In this document: positions 42,187-51,625 of the stretch, in pieces
Numbering within the stretch: position 1 is the first letter of the stretch
Layout of the letters: the number at the start of each line of letters is the position of its first letter
Assembly (NCBI GenBank): GCA_963771175.1
Contig: CAVYSY010000030.1
Span: forward strand, 32,001-96,000
DNA: 64,000 bases
Direction of reading: 5' to 3'
Origin: an uncultured delta proteobacterium
GTDB lineage: Bacteria; Myxococcota; Myxococcia; Myxococcales; Myxococcaceae
The notes under the pieces: model-generated
Seen by the model: the letters and a program-made list of their open reading frames with translations, nothing else
What the model was told of the DNA's origin: nothing
Databases searched by the model: none
Made by a program: the position numbers and the translations under genes

Positions 42187-43195
42187 TGGACAGCTTCGCG
42201 CCCGCGGGAGCGTCCAGCAGCTCCTTGGTCTTCGCCGGCAGGTAGGCGCTCTTGTCGTCCAGCCGGGCCGTGGTGCGCACCGCGCGGAAGCGGTTGCGCC
42301 CCGACTCGCGCTCGAAGGAGACGAGCACGTCGTCCCCCTCCAGCTCGAAGTCCTCCTCGGCCAGCTTCACCGAGCGGTAGCGGCGCACCAGGGAGATGTC
42401 CGAGAGGTTGGCCTCGAAGTGGGGGCCGCCGTCGAACGGGTCGATGCGCTCCACGTAGCGGAAGCCGATGCGCTCCAGCATCCGCTGCACGCCCTGGGTG
42501 TCGGGGCCCACCTCGCCGAGCACCTTCTGCACGCGGTCGGGGAAGAGCGACGCGTAGATGTCCGAGGAGGGGAAGAGCTCCTTGATGAACTCCTTGTTCT
42601 GCCGGCTGAGGCGATCCGCCTCCTGGTAGGTGAGGCCGGTGAACTTCTTGCCGCACGCCTCCCACAGCAGGCTGCGCCCGTCGGGGAGCAGCGGCGGCAG
42701 CAGCTCGGCGAGCACCCGCGGGCGGAAGATCCGCCTGTGCATGGCCATGAAGAGGAAGCGCACGTAGGAGAGCTGCTTGCCGGGCTTGTCCGGTGTGGCG
42801 CGGTAGGGCGGGTCCACCACCAGGCCGCCGATCTCCGTGGGGCCCTCGTAGTTGTAGCCGATGGAGAGCACCTTGTGCCGGAAGTGCCGGTCGATGCTGG
42901 CCGAGTAGTGCTCGCGCTCGGACACGTCGAGGTAGATGTGCGGCGCCTCGTAGGTGCCGTGCTGCGCGATGATCATCGACGTGCCGATGATGAGCTCGTT
43001 GCGCACGTCCTCCAGGACGAAGAGGTATTCGCGCTCGAAGGGGTCCTTCACCTTGCCCGCGAAGCTCTTCACGGACTTGTCGATGATGGCCTCGAGCGTC
43101 TCTTCGTTGTTGGGCAGGTTGACGGTGTTGAGCACCGCGGCGAGCCGCTTCAGGCCGGGCAGATCGGTCTTCTGGACATCGCGCAGGACGAGCAT
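42170..43195 (-). CDS. astA: Arginine N-succinyltransferase
   Basis: VNLP, YLFVLED, TEIGGL, LSYVRFLFM, IDPFDGGP. Confidence 0.85.
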   Translation of the reverse strand: MLVLRDVQKTDLPGLKRLAAVLNTVNLPNNEETLEAIIDKSVKSFAGKVKDPFEREYLFVLEDVRNELIIGTSMIIAQHGTYEAPHIYLDVSEREHYSASIDRHFRHKVLSIGYNYEGPTEIGGLVVDPPYRATPDKPGKQLSYVRFLFMAMHRRIFRPRVLAELLPPLLPDGRSLLWEACGKKFTGLTYQEADRLSRQNKEFIKELFPSSDIYASLFPDRVQKVLGEVGPDTQGVQRMLERIGFRYVERIDPFDGGPHFEANLSDISLVRRYRSVKLAEEDFELEGDDVLVSFERESGRNRFRAVRTTARLDDKSAYLPAKTKELLDAPAGAKLSIIPFD

Positions 43196-43325
43196 GGGAG
43201 CACCTGGGTTCCCCCTGGAGGGGAAACCGCCGAAGGGGGGCACCATACACCAGCCCTGCATGCCGTCAGCCGCCCGCACGCCCTTCTGCTTCGACGCGTC
43301 GCGTCGAGCTGGCTCGCCTGGCCGG

Positions 43326-43499
43326 TTGACGGGTAGGACAGGCTGTCTCCTCCTCCAAGAAAGACAATCAATGGGAGTCGAACGCCCGGTTGATTGTCTG
43401 CTCTTCTGTCAAGGGAAAAGAAATAACAGTCGCTTGAAATAGAAGAGAAACGTGAGAGCGTGCGCCTGTCGTTGGCTGTCAAACATTCTGCCAAACATT
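43326..43499. promoter_or_regulatory. AT-rich divergent intergenic region with inverted and tandem repeats
   Basis: AGACAATCAA/TTGATTGTCT (43362-43371 / 43390-43399); CTGTCAAACATT-CTGCCAAACATT (43476-43499). Confidence 0.55.
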
Positions 43500-43513
43500 A
43501 GCGAGGGCGCGCC

Positions 43514-44494
43514 TTGGGAAAGCTCCTGGTTTTACTGCTCGCCGTACTGCTGCCGGGGCTGTCGTGGGCCGGCATTGTCTGGAAGGGAGATTTCGAGACG
43601 GGAGACACCTCCCAGTACTCGTCGTCGCAGCGGGTGAGCGCGGACCGGCTCCAGGTGGTGCAGTCTCCGGTGCTCCAGGGGCGCTACGCGCTCAGGGCCA
43701 CGGTGAGGCAGGGGGACGACCCCATCAACTCCAGCGGTAACCGCAACGAGCTCGTCTATCAGGGGGGCGAGAAGGAGGGCTCGGAGTACTACTACCGCTG
43801 GCAGGTGCTGTTCCCGACGGACTACCCCAGCGCGAAGACGTGGCAGGTCTTCACCCAGTGGCACCACGATGGCTGCTGCGGCTCGCCGCCGGTGGAGTTC
43901 TTCGTCTACGGCGAGGAGATCCGCTTCACGCTCACCGACAGCGTGACGCCATGGCAGACGAAGCTGGTGCGCGATGTCTGGCAGGACTTCATCCTGCACG
44001 TGAGGTGGTCGTCGGACCCGAACGTGGGATTCGTCGAGCTGTGGCACAACGGCCAGCTCGTGCTCTCCAAGTACAAGCACGCGACGATGTACGCGGGCGA
44101 CGGCATCTACCTGAAGCTGGGCCTGTACCGCAGTGACACCGTGCAGCCGGTGGGCGTCGTGTACCACGACGGTTTCGTGCAGGCGACGCAGCTCGCGGAC
44201 GTGCTGCCGTCCACGCCCCAGCCCCAGCCGGATGCGGGCACGCCGGCTCCGCCTTCCGACGCGGGCACGCCGGCTCCGCCCTCCGACGCGGGCACCGCGC
44301 CGAGCGACGCGCCGCCGGCTTCTCCGGACGAGGCGACGCCCCCCATCGTCCCCACGTTCCCCCAGCCCGGTGCCACCGACCCGATGTCCCCCGAGGCGCC
44401 CGCGCACTACGGCTGCTCGAGCACGAGCGGTTCGCTCTGGGTGGTGGCACTGCTGGGACTCGGGGGCCTGCTGCGTCGAGTCCGGCGCAGGTAG
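43514..44494 (+). CDS. Polysaccharide-lyase-like surface protein with a MYXO-CTERM-like tail
   Basis: Signal peptide, GDFETGD, RNEL, FTQWH, YLKLGLYR, Pro-rich linker, GCSST..TM..RRVRRR. Confidence 0.75.
   Translation: MGKLLVLLLAVLLPGLSWAGIVWKGDFETGDTSQYSSSQRVSADRLQVVQSPVLQGRYALRATVRQGDDPINSSGNRNELVYQGGEKEGSEYYYRWQVLFPTDYPSAKTWQVFTQWHHDGCCGSPPVEFFVYGEEIRFTLTDSVTPWQTKLVRDVWQDFILHVRWSSDPNVGFVELWHNGQLVLSKYKHATMYAGDGIYLKLGLYRSDTVQPVGVVYHDGFVQATQLADVLPSTPQPQPDAGTPAPPSDAGTPAPPSDAGTAPSDAPPASPDEATPPIVPTFPQPGATDPMSPEAPAHYGCSSTSGSLWVVALLGLGGLLRRVRRR
44231..44296 (+). repeat. 27-bp coding tandem repeat (DAGTPAPPS, about 2.4 copies)
   Basis: gatgcgggcacgccggctccgccttcc / gacgcgggcacgccggctccgccctcc / gacgcgggcacc. 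Confidence 0.85.
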
Positions 44495-44583
44495 GCCAGC
44501 GAGCCCGGTCTCGGGCGCACTCGGTGCTACCCGTCCTCGGGGGGGCGTCGTATGAGGAGGAGACCCCCGTGAGGAGACCCGAG

Positions 44584-46095
44584 ATGAGCGACGCGCGTGA
44601 AGGGGCGGTGCCCCACCTGAGCCCCGAGGAATTCCGGCGGCTGGGCCACCGGATGGTGGATTGGATCGCGGACTACTGGTCCCGGTTGGAGTCCTTCCCG
44701 GTGCGCGCGGCGGTGGCCCCGGGCGAGGTGCTGGCGAAGCTGCCCGAGCACCCGCCCGAGGAGGGCTTGGGCGGCGACGCTGGCTGGGAGGTCGTGTTCC
44801 GCGACCTGGAGCAGGTGGTGCTGCCCGGCATCACCCATTGGCAGTCGCCGTCCTTCTTCGCCTACTTCCCCGCCAACGCCTCGGGGCCCGCGGTGCTCGG
44901 CGAGCTGCTGTCCGCCGGCCTGGGCGTGCAGGGCATGCTCTGGTCCACCAGCCCCGCCGCCACCGAGATGGAGACGCGCGTGATGGACTGGCTGGCCGAG
45001 CTGATGGGGCTGCCGGCCTTCTTCCGCTCGGACTCGGGCACGGGCGGCGGCGTCATCCAGGGCACCGCCAGCGAGGCCACCCTGGTGGCGATGGTGGCGG
45101 CGCGCGAGCGGGTGCGGCGCAAGCTGGGCCGGGAGGCGGAGCTGGTGGCCTACACCTCCACGCAGGCGCACTCGTCCGTGCTGAAGGCGGCCATGCTGTC
45201 CGGTGTGGTGCGCGGCGTGTCGGACGACATCCACCTGCGCCAGCTCGGCACGGACGGCCGGTACGCCCTGCGTCCGGAGGTGCTGGAGCAGGCCATTCGC
45301 GAGGACCTCGCCGCCGGCCGCCAGCCCTTCTTCGTGTGCGCCTCGCTGGGAACCACCTCCTCGGGGGCCATGGACCCGCTGCCCGCCATCGGTGAGGTGC
45401 TGGAGGGCACGGGCTTCACCGCCTCGGGGGGCTGGCTGCACGTGGACGCGGCGTGGGCGGGCTCCGCGCTCATCTGCCCCGAGCACCGCGCCATGCTGGC
45501 GGGCCTGGAGGGGGTGGACTCCTTCGCCTTCAACCCGCACAAGTGGTTGCTCACCAATTTCGACTGCAACGCCTTCTACACGCGAGACCGCAAGGCGCTG
45601 CTGGATGCGCTGAGCGTGATGCCGGAGTACCTGCGCAACGCGGCCACCGCCAGCGGCGCGGTCATCGACTACCGCGACTGGCAGGTTCCACTCGGCCGCC
45701 GCTTCCGCGCGCTGAAGCTGTGGTTCGTGCTGCGCCACTACGGTGCCAAGGGGCTGCGGGCCTACATCCGCGAGCACGTGCGGCAGGCGGAGCTGTTCGA
45801 GTCCTGGGTAAAGGGGGACGAGCGCTTCGAGCTGGCCGCGCCGCGCTCGCTGGCCCTGGTGTGCTTCCGGCTGCGGCCGAGGCCGGGCGAGGAGCCCGCG
45901 GCCACGGACGCGCGCAACCGCCAGTTGCTGGAGCGGCTGAACGCGAGCGGCAAGGCCTTCCTCACGCACACCGTGCTGCCCGGGGTGGACGGCGCGCCGG
46001 CGCGCTACGTGCTGCGCATGGCCATTGGCGCCCCACGCACCGAGGAGCGGCACGTGCGCGCGGTGTGGGAGCAGCTCGCCGCGCTCGCCGACTGA
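44584..46095 (+). CDS. PLP-dependent aromatic-L-amino-acid decarboxylase (group II)
   Basis: PGITHWQSP.FFAYFP, SPAATEME, HVDAAWAG, FNPHKW, LGRRFRALKLW. Confidence 0.93.
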   Translation: MSDAREGAVPHLSPEEFRRLGHRMVDWIADYWSRLESFPVRAAVAPGEVLAKLPEHPPEEGLGGDAGWEVVFRDLEQVVLPGITHWQSPSFFAYFPANASGPAVLGELLSAGLGVQGMLWSTSPAATEMETRVMDWLAELMGLPAFFRSDSGTGGGVIQGTASEATLVAMVAARERVRRKLGREAELVAYTSTQAHSSVLKAAMLSGVVRGVSDDIHLRQLGTDGRYALRPEVLEQAIREDLAAGRQPFFVCASLGTTSSGAMDPLPAIGEVLEGTGFTASGGWLHVDAAWAGSALICPEHRAMLAGLEGVDSFAFNPHKWLLTNFDCNAFYTRDRKALLDALSVMPEYLRNAATASGAVIDYRDWQVPLGRRFRALKLWFVLRHYGAKGLRAYIREHVRQAELFESWVKGDERFELAAPRSLALVCFRLRPRPGEEPAATDARNRQLLERLNASGKAFLTHTVLPGVDGAPARYVLRMAIGAPRTEERHVRAVWEQLAALAD

Positions 46096-46107
46096 CCCTG
46101 AGCGGCG

Positions 46108-46410
46108 CTACTGTTCGATGGGCGGCTGCAGCACGCCGAAGCGCTCGATGCCCTGGCGCATGGCCGAGCGCACCGCGTCGAGGATGGCCTGGTCGGAGAA
46201 GTGCTTCACGACGAGGGCGCCAGGGGTGACGAAGGAGGGTGCCCGGTCGAGCTGGCTCCGCAGGTGGTCGAGGGTCAGCAGGGTCAGGCCGAAGCGGCGG
46301 CCGTCTCCCAGGCGGACCATGATGTCCAGGCTGCCTGCCTGAGGCAGGGTGAGGTCGTCGGCGATCAGGATGGAGGCGAGCTTCCCCTCCCCAATGTCGA
46401 TGGAGCGCAT
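46108..46410 (-). CDS. Small hypothetical protein
   Basis: Protein-like ORF (MRSIDIGEGKLASILIADD...) with GC-biased codons, filling the gap between genes. Confidence 0.55.
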   Translation of the reverse strand: MRSIDIGEGKLASILIADDLTLPQAGSLDIMVRLGDGRRFGLTLLTLDHLRSQLDRAPSFVTPGALVVKHFSDQAILDAVRSAMRQGIERFGVLQPPIEQ

Positions 46411-46540
46411 GGTGGACCGACCGTAGCCGCCCGCCAGCCGGGGAGGGGGGTTCATCGGCGCTTCCGTCCACCGGTGCACCATCCGGTGGGGGCTGCCGAC
46501 GCGGGGGAGACGGTATAGGTTCAGGGCAAGGGAGGAACGC

Positions 46541-47095
46541 CTGAAGTCACCTCGCAAGCCCACGAAAGAGGAGTTGCTCGCCGCGGTGGGGCGGACGATG
46601 CCGGACCTCATCAGCTCCGGGCTGAAGGTCCTCTTCTGCGGCATCAACCCCAGCGTGTACTCGGCGGTGGTGGGCTACCACTTCGCGCGGCCGGGCAACC
46701 GGTTCTGGCCGACGCTGCATGCCTCGGGCTTCACGGAGCGCCTGCTGGCGCCCTGGGAGCAGGAGGAGTTGCTCGCGCTCGGCTGTGGCATCACCAACGT
46801 GGTGGAGCGCGCCACGGTCTCCGCGGACGTGCTGACGGCCGAGGAGCTCGCCCAGGGCGGGCGGCGGCTGGAGGCGAAGGTGCGGCACTACCGGCCCCGC
46901 GTGCTGGCGGTGCTGGGCATTGGCGCCTGGCGCACGGCCTTCGGGCACCCGAGGGCTTCGTTGGGGCCGCAGCCGGAGACGCTGGGCGGGGCTCGCGTCT
47001 GGGTGCTCCCCAACCCGAGCGGCCTCAACGCGCACTACCGGCCAGCGGAGCTGGCGCGGCTGTTTCGCGAGCTGCGTGTTAATTTCCAGGGGTGA
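46541..47095 (+). CDS. mug: G/U mismatch-specific DNA glycosylase (start uncertain: CTG 46541 or TTG 46574)
   Basis: FCGINP, HFARPGNRFW, GITN, LPNPSGLNA. Confidence 0.9.
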   Translation: MKSPRKPTKEELLAAVGRTMPDLISSGLKVLFCGINPSVYSAVVGYHFARPGNRFWPTLHASGFTERLLAPWEQEELLALGCGITNVVERATVSADVLTAEELAQGGRRLEAKVRHYRPRVLAVLGIGAWRTAFGHPRASLGPQPETLGGARVWVLPNPSGLNAHYRPAELARLFRELRVNFQG

Positions 47096-48375
47096 TGTCG
47101 TCCACGTCCAAGGTCGCGCTCGTCCTGAGCTATCAGTACCCGGGTAAGTACGCGCTCACCGTCCTCGCGGGGGCGGTGGAGGGGGATGCGGTGGGGCAGC
47201 ACGTGTCCCTGCGCTTTCCCCGGGACCGGGAGTCGTTGCTGGCCACGGTGCGTCAATGCCACGACGAGGGGTACCGGGTGGTGGTGGCGTGGTCGTTCTA
47301 CTCGGCGAGCTTCCCCGCGGCGGCCGAGGAGCTGGCCTGGCTGCGCGAGCGGCTGGAGGGCCGCGAGGTGCTGTGCATCGCGGGTGGGGTGCATGCCACG
47401 GCGGAGACCGAGCAGACGCTGCGGGCGGGCTTCGACCTGGTGGGGGTGGGCGAGGGCGAGCCCATGTTGCTGGAGCTGCTCGGCCGGCTGGTGCGTGGGG
47501 AGGACCCCCGGCAGACGCGGGGCTTCGCGCGGCGGGTGGAGGGCCGGATGGTGCCGCAGGGGCGGGGAGAGGGCGTGGTGCTGGACACGTACCCGCCCTT
47601 CGCGGCGAAGCACTCGATGTTCGGGGCCATCGAGATAACGCGCGGCTGCATCTACGCGTGCCGGTTCTGCCAGACGCCGTTCATGAGCAAGGCGCGCTTC
47701 CGGCACCGGAGCGTGGAGAACATCGCGCACTGGGCGCGGGTGCTGCGCGAGACGGGCAAGCGGGACGTGCGCTTCATCACGCCGACGTCCATGTCGTACG
47801 GCTCGCCGGACGAGTCGGTGAACCTGGAGGCCCTCGAGCGGCTGCTGGCGGCGGTGCGCGAGGCGATGGGCCCCGAGGGGCGGGTGTTCTACGGGACGTT
47901 CCCCTCGGAGGTGCGGCCCGAGCACGTGACGCCCGAGGCGCTGGCGCTGCTCAAGCGCTACGTGGACAACGACAACCTCATCATCGGCGGGCAGTCCGGG
48001 AGCGAGCGGATTCTGCAGGCGAGCCACCGCGGGCACGACGTGGAGACGGTGGTGCGGGCGACGAGCCTGGCGGTGGAGGCGGGCTTCGTGCCGAACGTGG
48101 ACTTCATCCTCGGGTTGCCGGGGGAGGCTCCGGAGGACGTGAGGGCGACACTGGCACTGATGCGGCGGCTATCGGACCTCGGGGCGAAAGTGCACGGGCA
48201 CACGTTCATGCCGCTGCCCGGGACGCCGTACCGGGACGCGCCCCCGGGCTCGGTGGACGACGAGACGCAGCGGGAACTGGACCGGCTGGCCTCGCAGGGC
48301 CGCCTCTACGGTCACTGGAAGCAGCAGGTCAAACTGGCGAACGGAATCGCCGAGAGACGTCAGCCGAGGCGCTGA
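47092..48375 (+). CDS. B12-binding-domain radical SAM protein (TIGR04013-like)
   Basis: AGGVHAT, GEGE, EITRGCIYACRFCQTP, FPSEVRPE, FMPLPGTP. Confidence 0.85.
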   Translation: MMSSTSKVALVLSYQYPGKYALTVLAGAVEGDAVGQHVSLRFPRDRESLLATVRQCHDEGYRVVVAWSFYSASFPAAAEELAWLRERLEGREVLCIAGGVHATAETEQTLRAGFDLVGVGEGEPMLLELLGRLVRGEDPRQTRGFARRVEGRMVPQGRGEGVVLDTYPPFAAKHSMFGAIEITRGCIYACRFCQTPFMSKARFRHRSVENIAHWARVLRETGKRDVRFITPTSMSYGSPDESVNLEALERLLAAVREAMGPEGRVFYGTFPSEVRPEHVTPEALALLKRYVDNDNLIIGGQSGSERILQASHRGHDVETVVRATSLAVEAGFVPNVDFILGLPGEAPEDVRATLALMRRLSDLGAKVHGHTFMPLPGTPYRDAPPGSVDDETQRELDRLASQGRLYGHWKQQVKLANGIAERRQPRR

Positions 48376-48389
48376 GCCCCCGCTTCCTC

Positions 48390-49463
48390 TCATTCGACGA
48401 GCACCGTGGCTCCCGCGTCCTTGCCCAGGGGGAGGAGGGTCGCCCCGGCATGTTTCTCCAGGGCGCTGGCGAGCTCCTGCGCGTGCGTGGTGACGAAGAC
48501 CTGGCCCCGGCGGCTCGCGGCGGCGATGAGGCGGCCCAGCGCTGGCAGGAGCGAGGGGTGCAGGCTCGTCTCCGGCTCGTTGAGGGCGAGGAAGGGCGGG
48601 GGACGGGGAGAGAGCAGGGCGGCGAGCAGGCAGAGGTAGCGCAGCGTTCCGTCCGACAGCTCCGCCGCCTCCAGCGGGCGTAGCAGCCCGGGCATGTGCA
48701 TGTGGAAGGAGAAGCGCCCGGCCTCGCTGGTCAGCTCCAGGCTCGAGCCGGGGAAGGCGCTCTCCACGCCCGCGTGCAGGGCCTTGGGGTCGCCGATGTC
48801 CTGGATGGTCATCAGGGCCGCCGCCAGGTCCCTCCCGTCGTGCGCGAGCGCGGGAGTGCGCACGCCCACCTGGGCCTGGCGCAGGGGTGACAGCGGGTCG
48901 GTCCGGAAGTGGTGGTAGAAGCGCCAGCGGAGCAGCTCCGCCCGCAGCGCGCTCAGCATGGGGAAGCGGTGGGGCTCGGAGATTTGCGCCAGCACGGACT
49001 CCCCGCCCCAGAGCTGGGCCGCGAAGGTGGTGCGGTTGCCCTCCGCGTCACGGGCGAAGACGCTCGTGGCGCGGCGCTCGGCCATGACGTGCCGGCGCTT
49101 GCCCTCGTGGAGCCACACCGTCTCCTCCTTCACGTCCGGATCCAACGTGAAGGGCCCCTGGGGCGGCGGCACGAGCCCGCAGGACAGCTCGTAGGCGAGG
49201 TCATCCAGCCGCACGCCCACGGTGAGGCGCGCCGGGGCATTCTTCTGGCGCTGGCCCGCCCACAGGACGGAGGGCATCCCTCCCTCTTCCGCCAGCGTGC
49301 GCGAGAGGGTCCCCTCGGCGGCGGAGAGCAGCAGTTGCAGGGCGCGGTAGACGTTCGTCTTGCCGCTCCCGTTGGGGCCCACGACCACCGTGACGGGCGC
49401 GAGTGGGAAGCGCAGCTCGCGCACCGAGCGGTAGCCGGCTATCCACAGCTCACGGACGGACAT
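48390..49463 (-). CDS. ABC/SMC-type ATPase (AAA_21-like)
   Basis: GYRS, GPNGSGKTN, LSDGTLR signature, LNEPETSLHP, TTH. Confidence 0.85.
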   Translation of the reverse strand: MSVRELWIAGYRSVRELRFPLAPVTVVVGPNGSGKTNVYRALQLLLSAAEGTLSRTLAEEGGMPSVLWAGQRQKNAPARLTVGVRLDDLAYELSCGLVPPPQGPFTLDPDVKEETVWLHEGKRRHVMAERRATSVFARDAEGNRTTFAAQLWGGESVLAQISEPHRFPMLSALRAELLRWRFYHHFRTDPLSPLRQAQVGVRTPALAHDGRDLAAALMTIQDIGDPKALHAGVESAFPGSSLELTSEAGRFSFHMHMPGLLRPLEAAELSDGTLRYLCLLAALLSPRPPPFLALNEPETSLHPSLLPALGRLIAAASRRGQVFVTTHAQELASALEKHAGATLLPLGKDAGATVLVE

Positions 49464-49496
49464 ACTGGGTCAATGTAACCTGTCCGGGAGCGCGGG

Positions 49497-50189
49497 TCAG
49501 GGGTTGCCCGTGGCGTAGGCGAACAGCTCGATGGGAGTGGCGTAGTAGATCCACCCGAAGAAGCCGCCCACCGCCGAGTTCGAGGGGGGCTCGAAGTACG
49601 CCTTGTTGCGCACGCCGGCCAGGGCCAACGCCCCGCCAAGGGTGAGGGTCCACACAATCTGGAGGGTCGTGGTGACGGCGTAGGAGGCGATGATGAAGGG
49701 GATGTAGGCGGGGCCGAGCACCCGGGCCTGCAGCAGGTGCATCCGCTCGTGCTGGCCCGCGCCGCCGAGGTTCACCGTCCCAATGGTCTGGAGCACGCTG
49801 TGGCCGAAGCCGCTCGAGCTCCTCGGCTGGAAGCTGATCCACGCCTGCCCCTCGGAGTCCGTGCGCGAGGGGTTGCCGAAGAGGATGTAGATGAGGTTGC
49901 CGAGCACGAACCCGACGATTGTGTTGGGCAGGCTCCAGGTCAGGTCGACGAACAACTCGAGCCACCCGACGGCCGTCTCCAGGTCATAGATGCATAGGAT
50001 GCCCGCCTCCAGCCCGTAGAGAAGGCCGAAGCCGCCTCCGACGATGAGCGCGACCTTGGGCAGCTCCGAGACGACCTGGGGCGGGAGGAGGTCTCGCCAC
50101 ACCGGAAGCACGCTGATGATCAGCAGCAGCACGGTGGGAACGACGAGCGAGATGAGGAACGTGAGAAAGCCCTGCAGTGGTTTGGACAT
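49497..50189 (-). CDS. Membrane protein with an HExxH motif
   Basis: Multiple TMs; TIGTV..HERMHLLQ..LGP; PIELFAY. Confidence 0.6.
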   Translation of the reverse strand: MSKPLQGFLTFLISLVVPTVLLLIISVLPVWRDLLPPQVVSELPKVALIVGGGFGLLYGLEAGILCIYDLETAVGWLELFVDLTWSLPNTIVGFVLGNLIYILFGNPSRTDSEGQAWISFQPRSSSGFGHSVLQTIGTVNLGGAGQHERMHLLQARVLGPAYIPFIIASYAVTTTLQIVWTLTLGGALALAGVRNKAYFEPPSNSAVGGFFGWIYYATPIELFAYATGNP

Positions 50190-50368
50190 GAAGCCCCCTT
50201 GGGTCCGGTAGGACGCGGTCCTGGGGACGGATGTGAGTGGTGCCGGATGTGACGGGCCATGTCCGCACTCCCAGATTGGCGCCGTACCACCCAAGCGGGC
50301 GAGCCCTGTCGTCCCCCACGCCCGTGGTTTCTGGCCCATGGGTGTGGGACGGCTACTGTGGGGCCCCC

Positions 50369-51625
50369 ATGCGCTTCAAGTTCGTCCATGCGGCCGACCT
50401 GCATCTGGATACCCCCTTCCGCGGCATCTCCGCGGACTCGGCACTGGCGGGTACCTTCCAGCAGGCGACCTTCCGGGCCTTCTCTCGCGTCGTGGACCTG
50501 TGCCTGCGCGAGCACGTGGCCTTCCTGCTGCTGGCGGGGGACCTCTTCGACGCGAAGGACCGCTCGGTGCGCGCTCGGCTGGCGCTGCGGCGCGAGCTGG
50601 AGCGGCTGGACGCGGCGGGCATCCAGACCTTCATCGTCCACGGCAACCATGACCCGCTGAGCGGGGACACGGGGGCGCTCGGGCTGCCCGGCTCGGTGAA
50701 GGTGTTCGGCTCGGAGTGGGAGGAGGTGGAGGTGCGCCGGGAAGGTCGGCTGCTCTGCCGGGTGCAGGGCATCTCCTACCCGGAGGTGGAGGTGCGCGAG
50801 AACCTGTCCGCCCGCTTCCACCGGACGGCGCCGGACTTCACGGTGGGCCTGCTGCACGCCAACCTGGGCGGACTGGAGGGCCATGCCAACTACGCGCCCT
50901 GCACCGTGGAGGACCTGGGCGCGCGAGGCCTGGACTACTGGGCGCTGGGCCACGTGCACACCCGCGCCGAGTACGCGCTCGCCGGTGGCGCGGTGGCCGT
51001 CTACCCGGGCAACCCCCAGGGGCGGCACGTGAACGAGCCGGGCGAGCGCGGCTGCGTGCTGGTGGAGGTGGAGGAGGGCAAGACGCGGCGCCGCTTCGTC
51101 CCGGTGGACCGGGTGCGCTGGTACCGGTTGGAGGTGGCGCTCACGGGGCTCGGGTCGCTCGACGCGCTCGTGGGCGCGGTGATGGAGCAGGTGGACGCGA
51201 GCTGCCCGGAGGAGCTGGACGGCCACGCCGTGCGCCTCACGCTCACGGGCCGGGGCCCGCTGCATCGGGAGCTGTCCCGGCCGGACGCGCTCGGCCAGCT
51301 CGAAGCGGACCTGCGCGAGCAGCTCTCCCGGCGTCACCCGCCGGTGCTGCTCGAGTCCCTGCGCGACGCGAGCCGCCCCGAGCTGGACCTCGAGACGGTG
51401 CGCCTGGCGGGAGGCTTCACCGGGACGCTGCTGGCCGAGGCCGAGGTGCTCGCGGAGGACCCGGAAGCACTGGCCGCGCTGTGGGCGGAGGACACGGAGC
51501 TGCGCGCGCTGAGCCAGCGACTGCGGCGGCTGGGCGTGGACGCACTGGAGGAACCCCGGCCCGAGCTGCTGGAGCGGGCCGGCTTGCAGGTGGTGGAGCA
51601 GCTCCACGAGGAGGACGTGGCGTGA
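50369..51625 (+). CDS. Mre11/SbcD-like metallophosphoesterase (YhaO-like)
   Basis: HAADLHLD, AGDLFD, GNHD, YWALGHVH, YPGNPQGR. Confidence 0.9.
   Translation: MRFKFVHAADLHLDTPFRGISADSALAGTFQQATFRAFSRVVDLCLREHVAFLLLAGDLFDAKDRSVRARLALRRELERLDAAGIQTFIVHGNHDPLSGDTGALGLPGSVKVFGSEWEEVEVRREGRLLCRVQGISYPEVEVRENLSARFHRTAPDFTVGLLHANLGGLEGHANYAPCTVEDLGARGLDYWALGHVHTRAEYALAGGAVAVYPGNPQGRHVNEPGERGCVLVEVEEGKTRRRFVPVDRVRWYRLEVALTGLGSLDALVGAVMEQVDASCPEELDGHAVRLTLTGRGPLHRELSRPDALGQLEADLREQLSRRHPPVLLESLRDASRPELDLETVRLAGGFTGTLLAEAEVLAEDPEALAALWAEDTELRALSQRLRRLGVDALEEPRPELLERAGLQVVEQLHEEDVA

Noticed and set aside
44231..44296. CRISPR-like repeat
   Set aside because: In-frame coding repeat with no spacers and no cas genes
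42170..46095. astA plus decarboxylase as a siderophore or amine pathway
   Set aside because: Opposite strands, separated by the lyase-like gene; no synthetase or monooxygenase present
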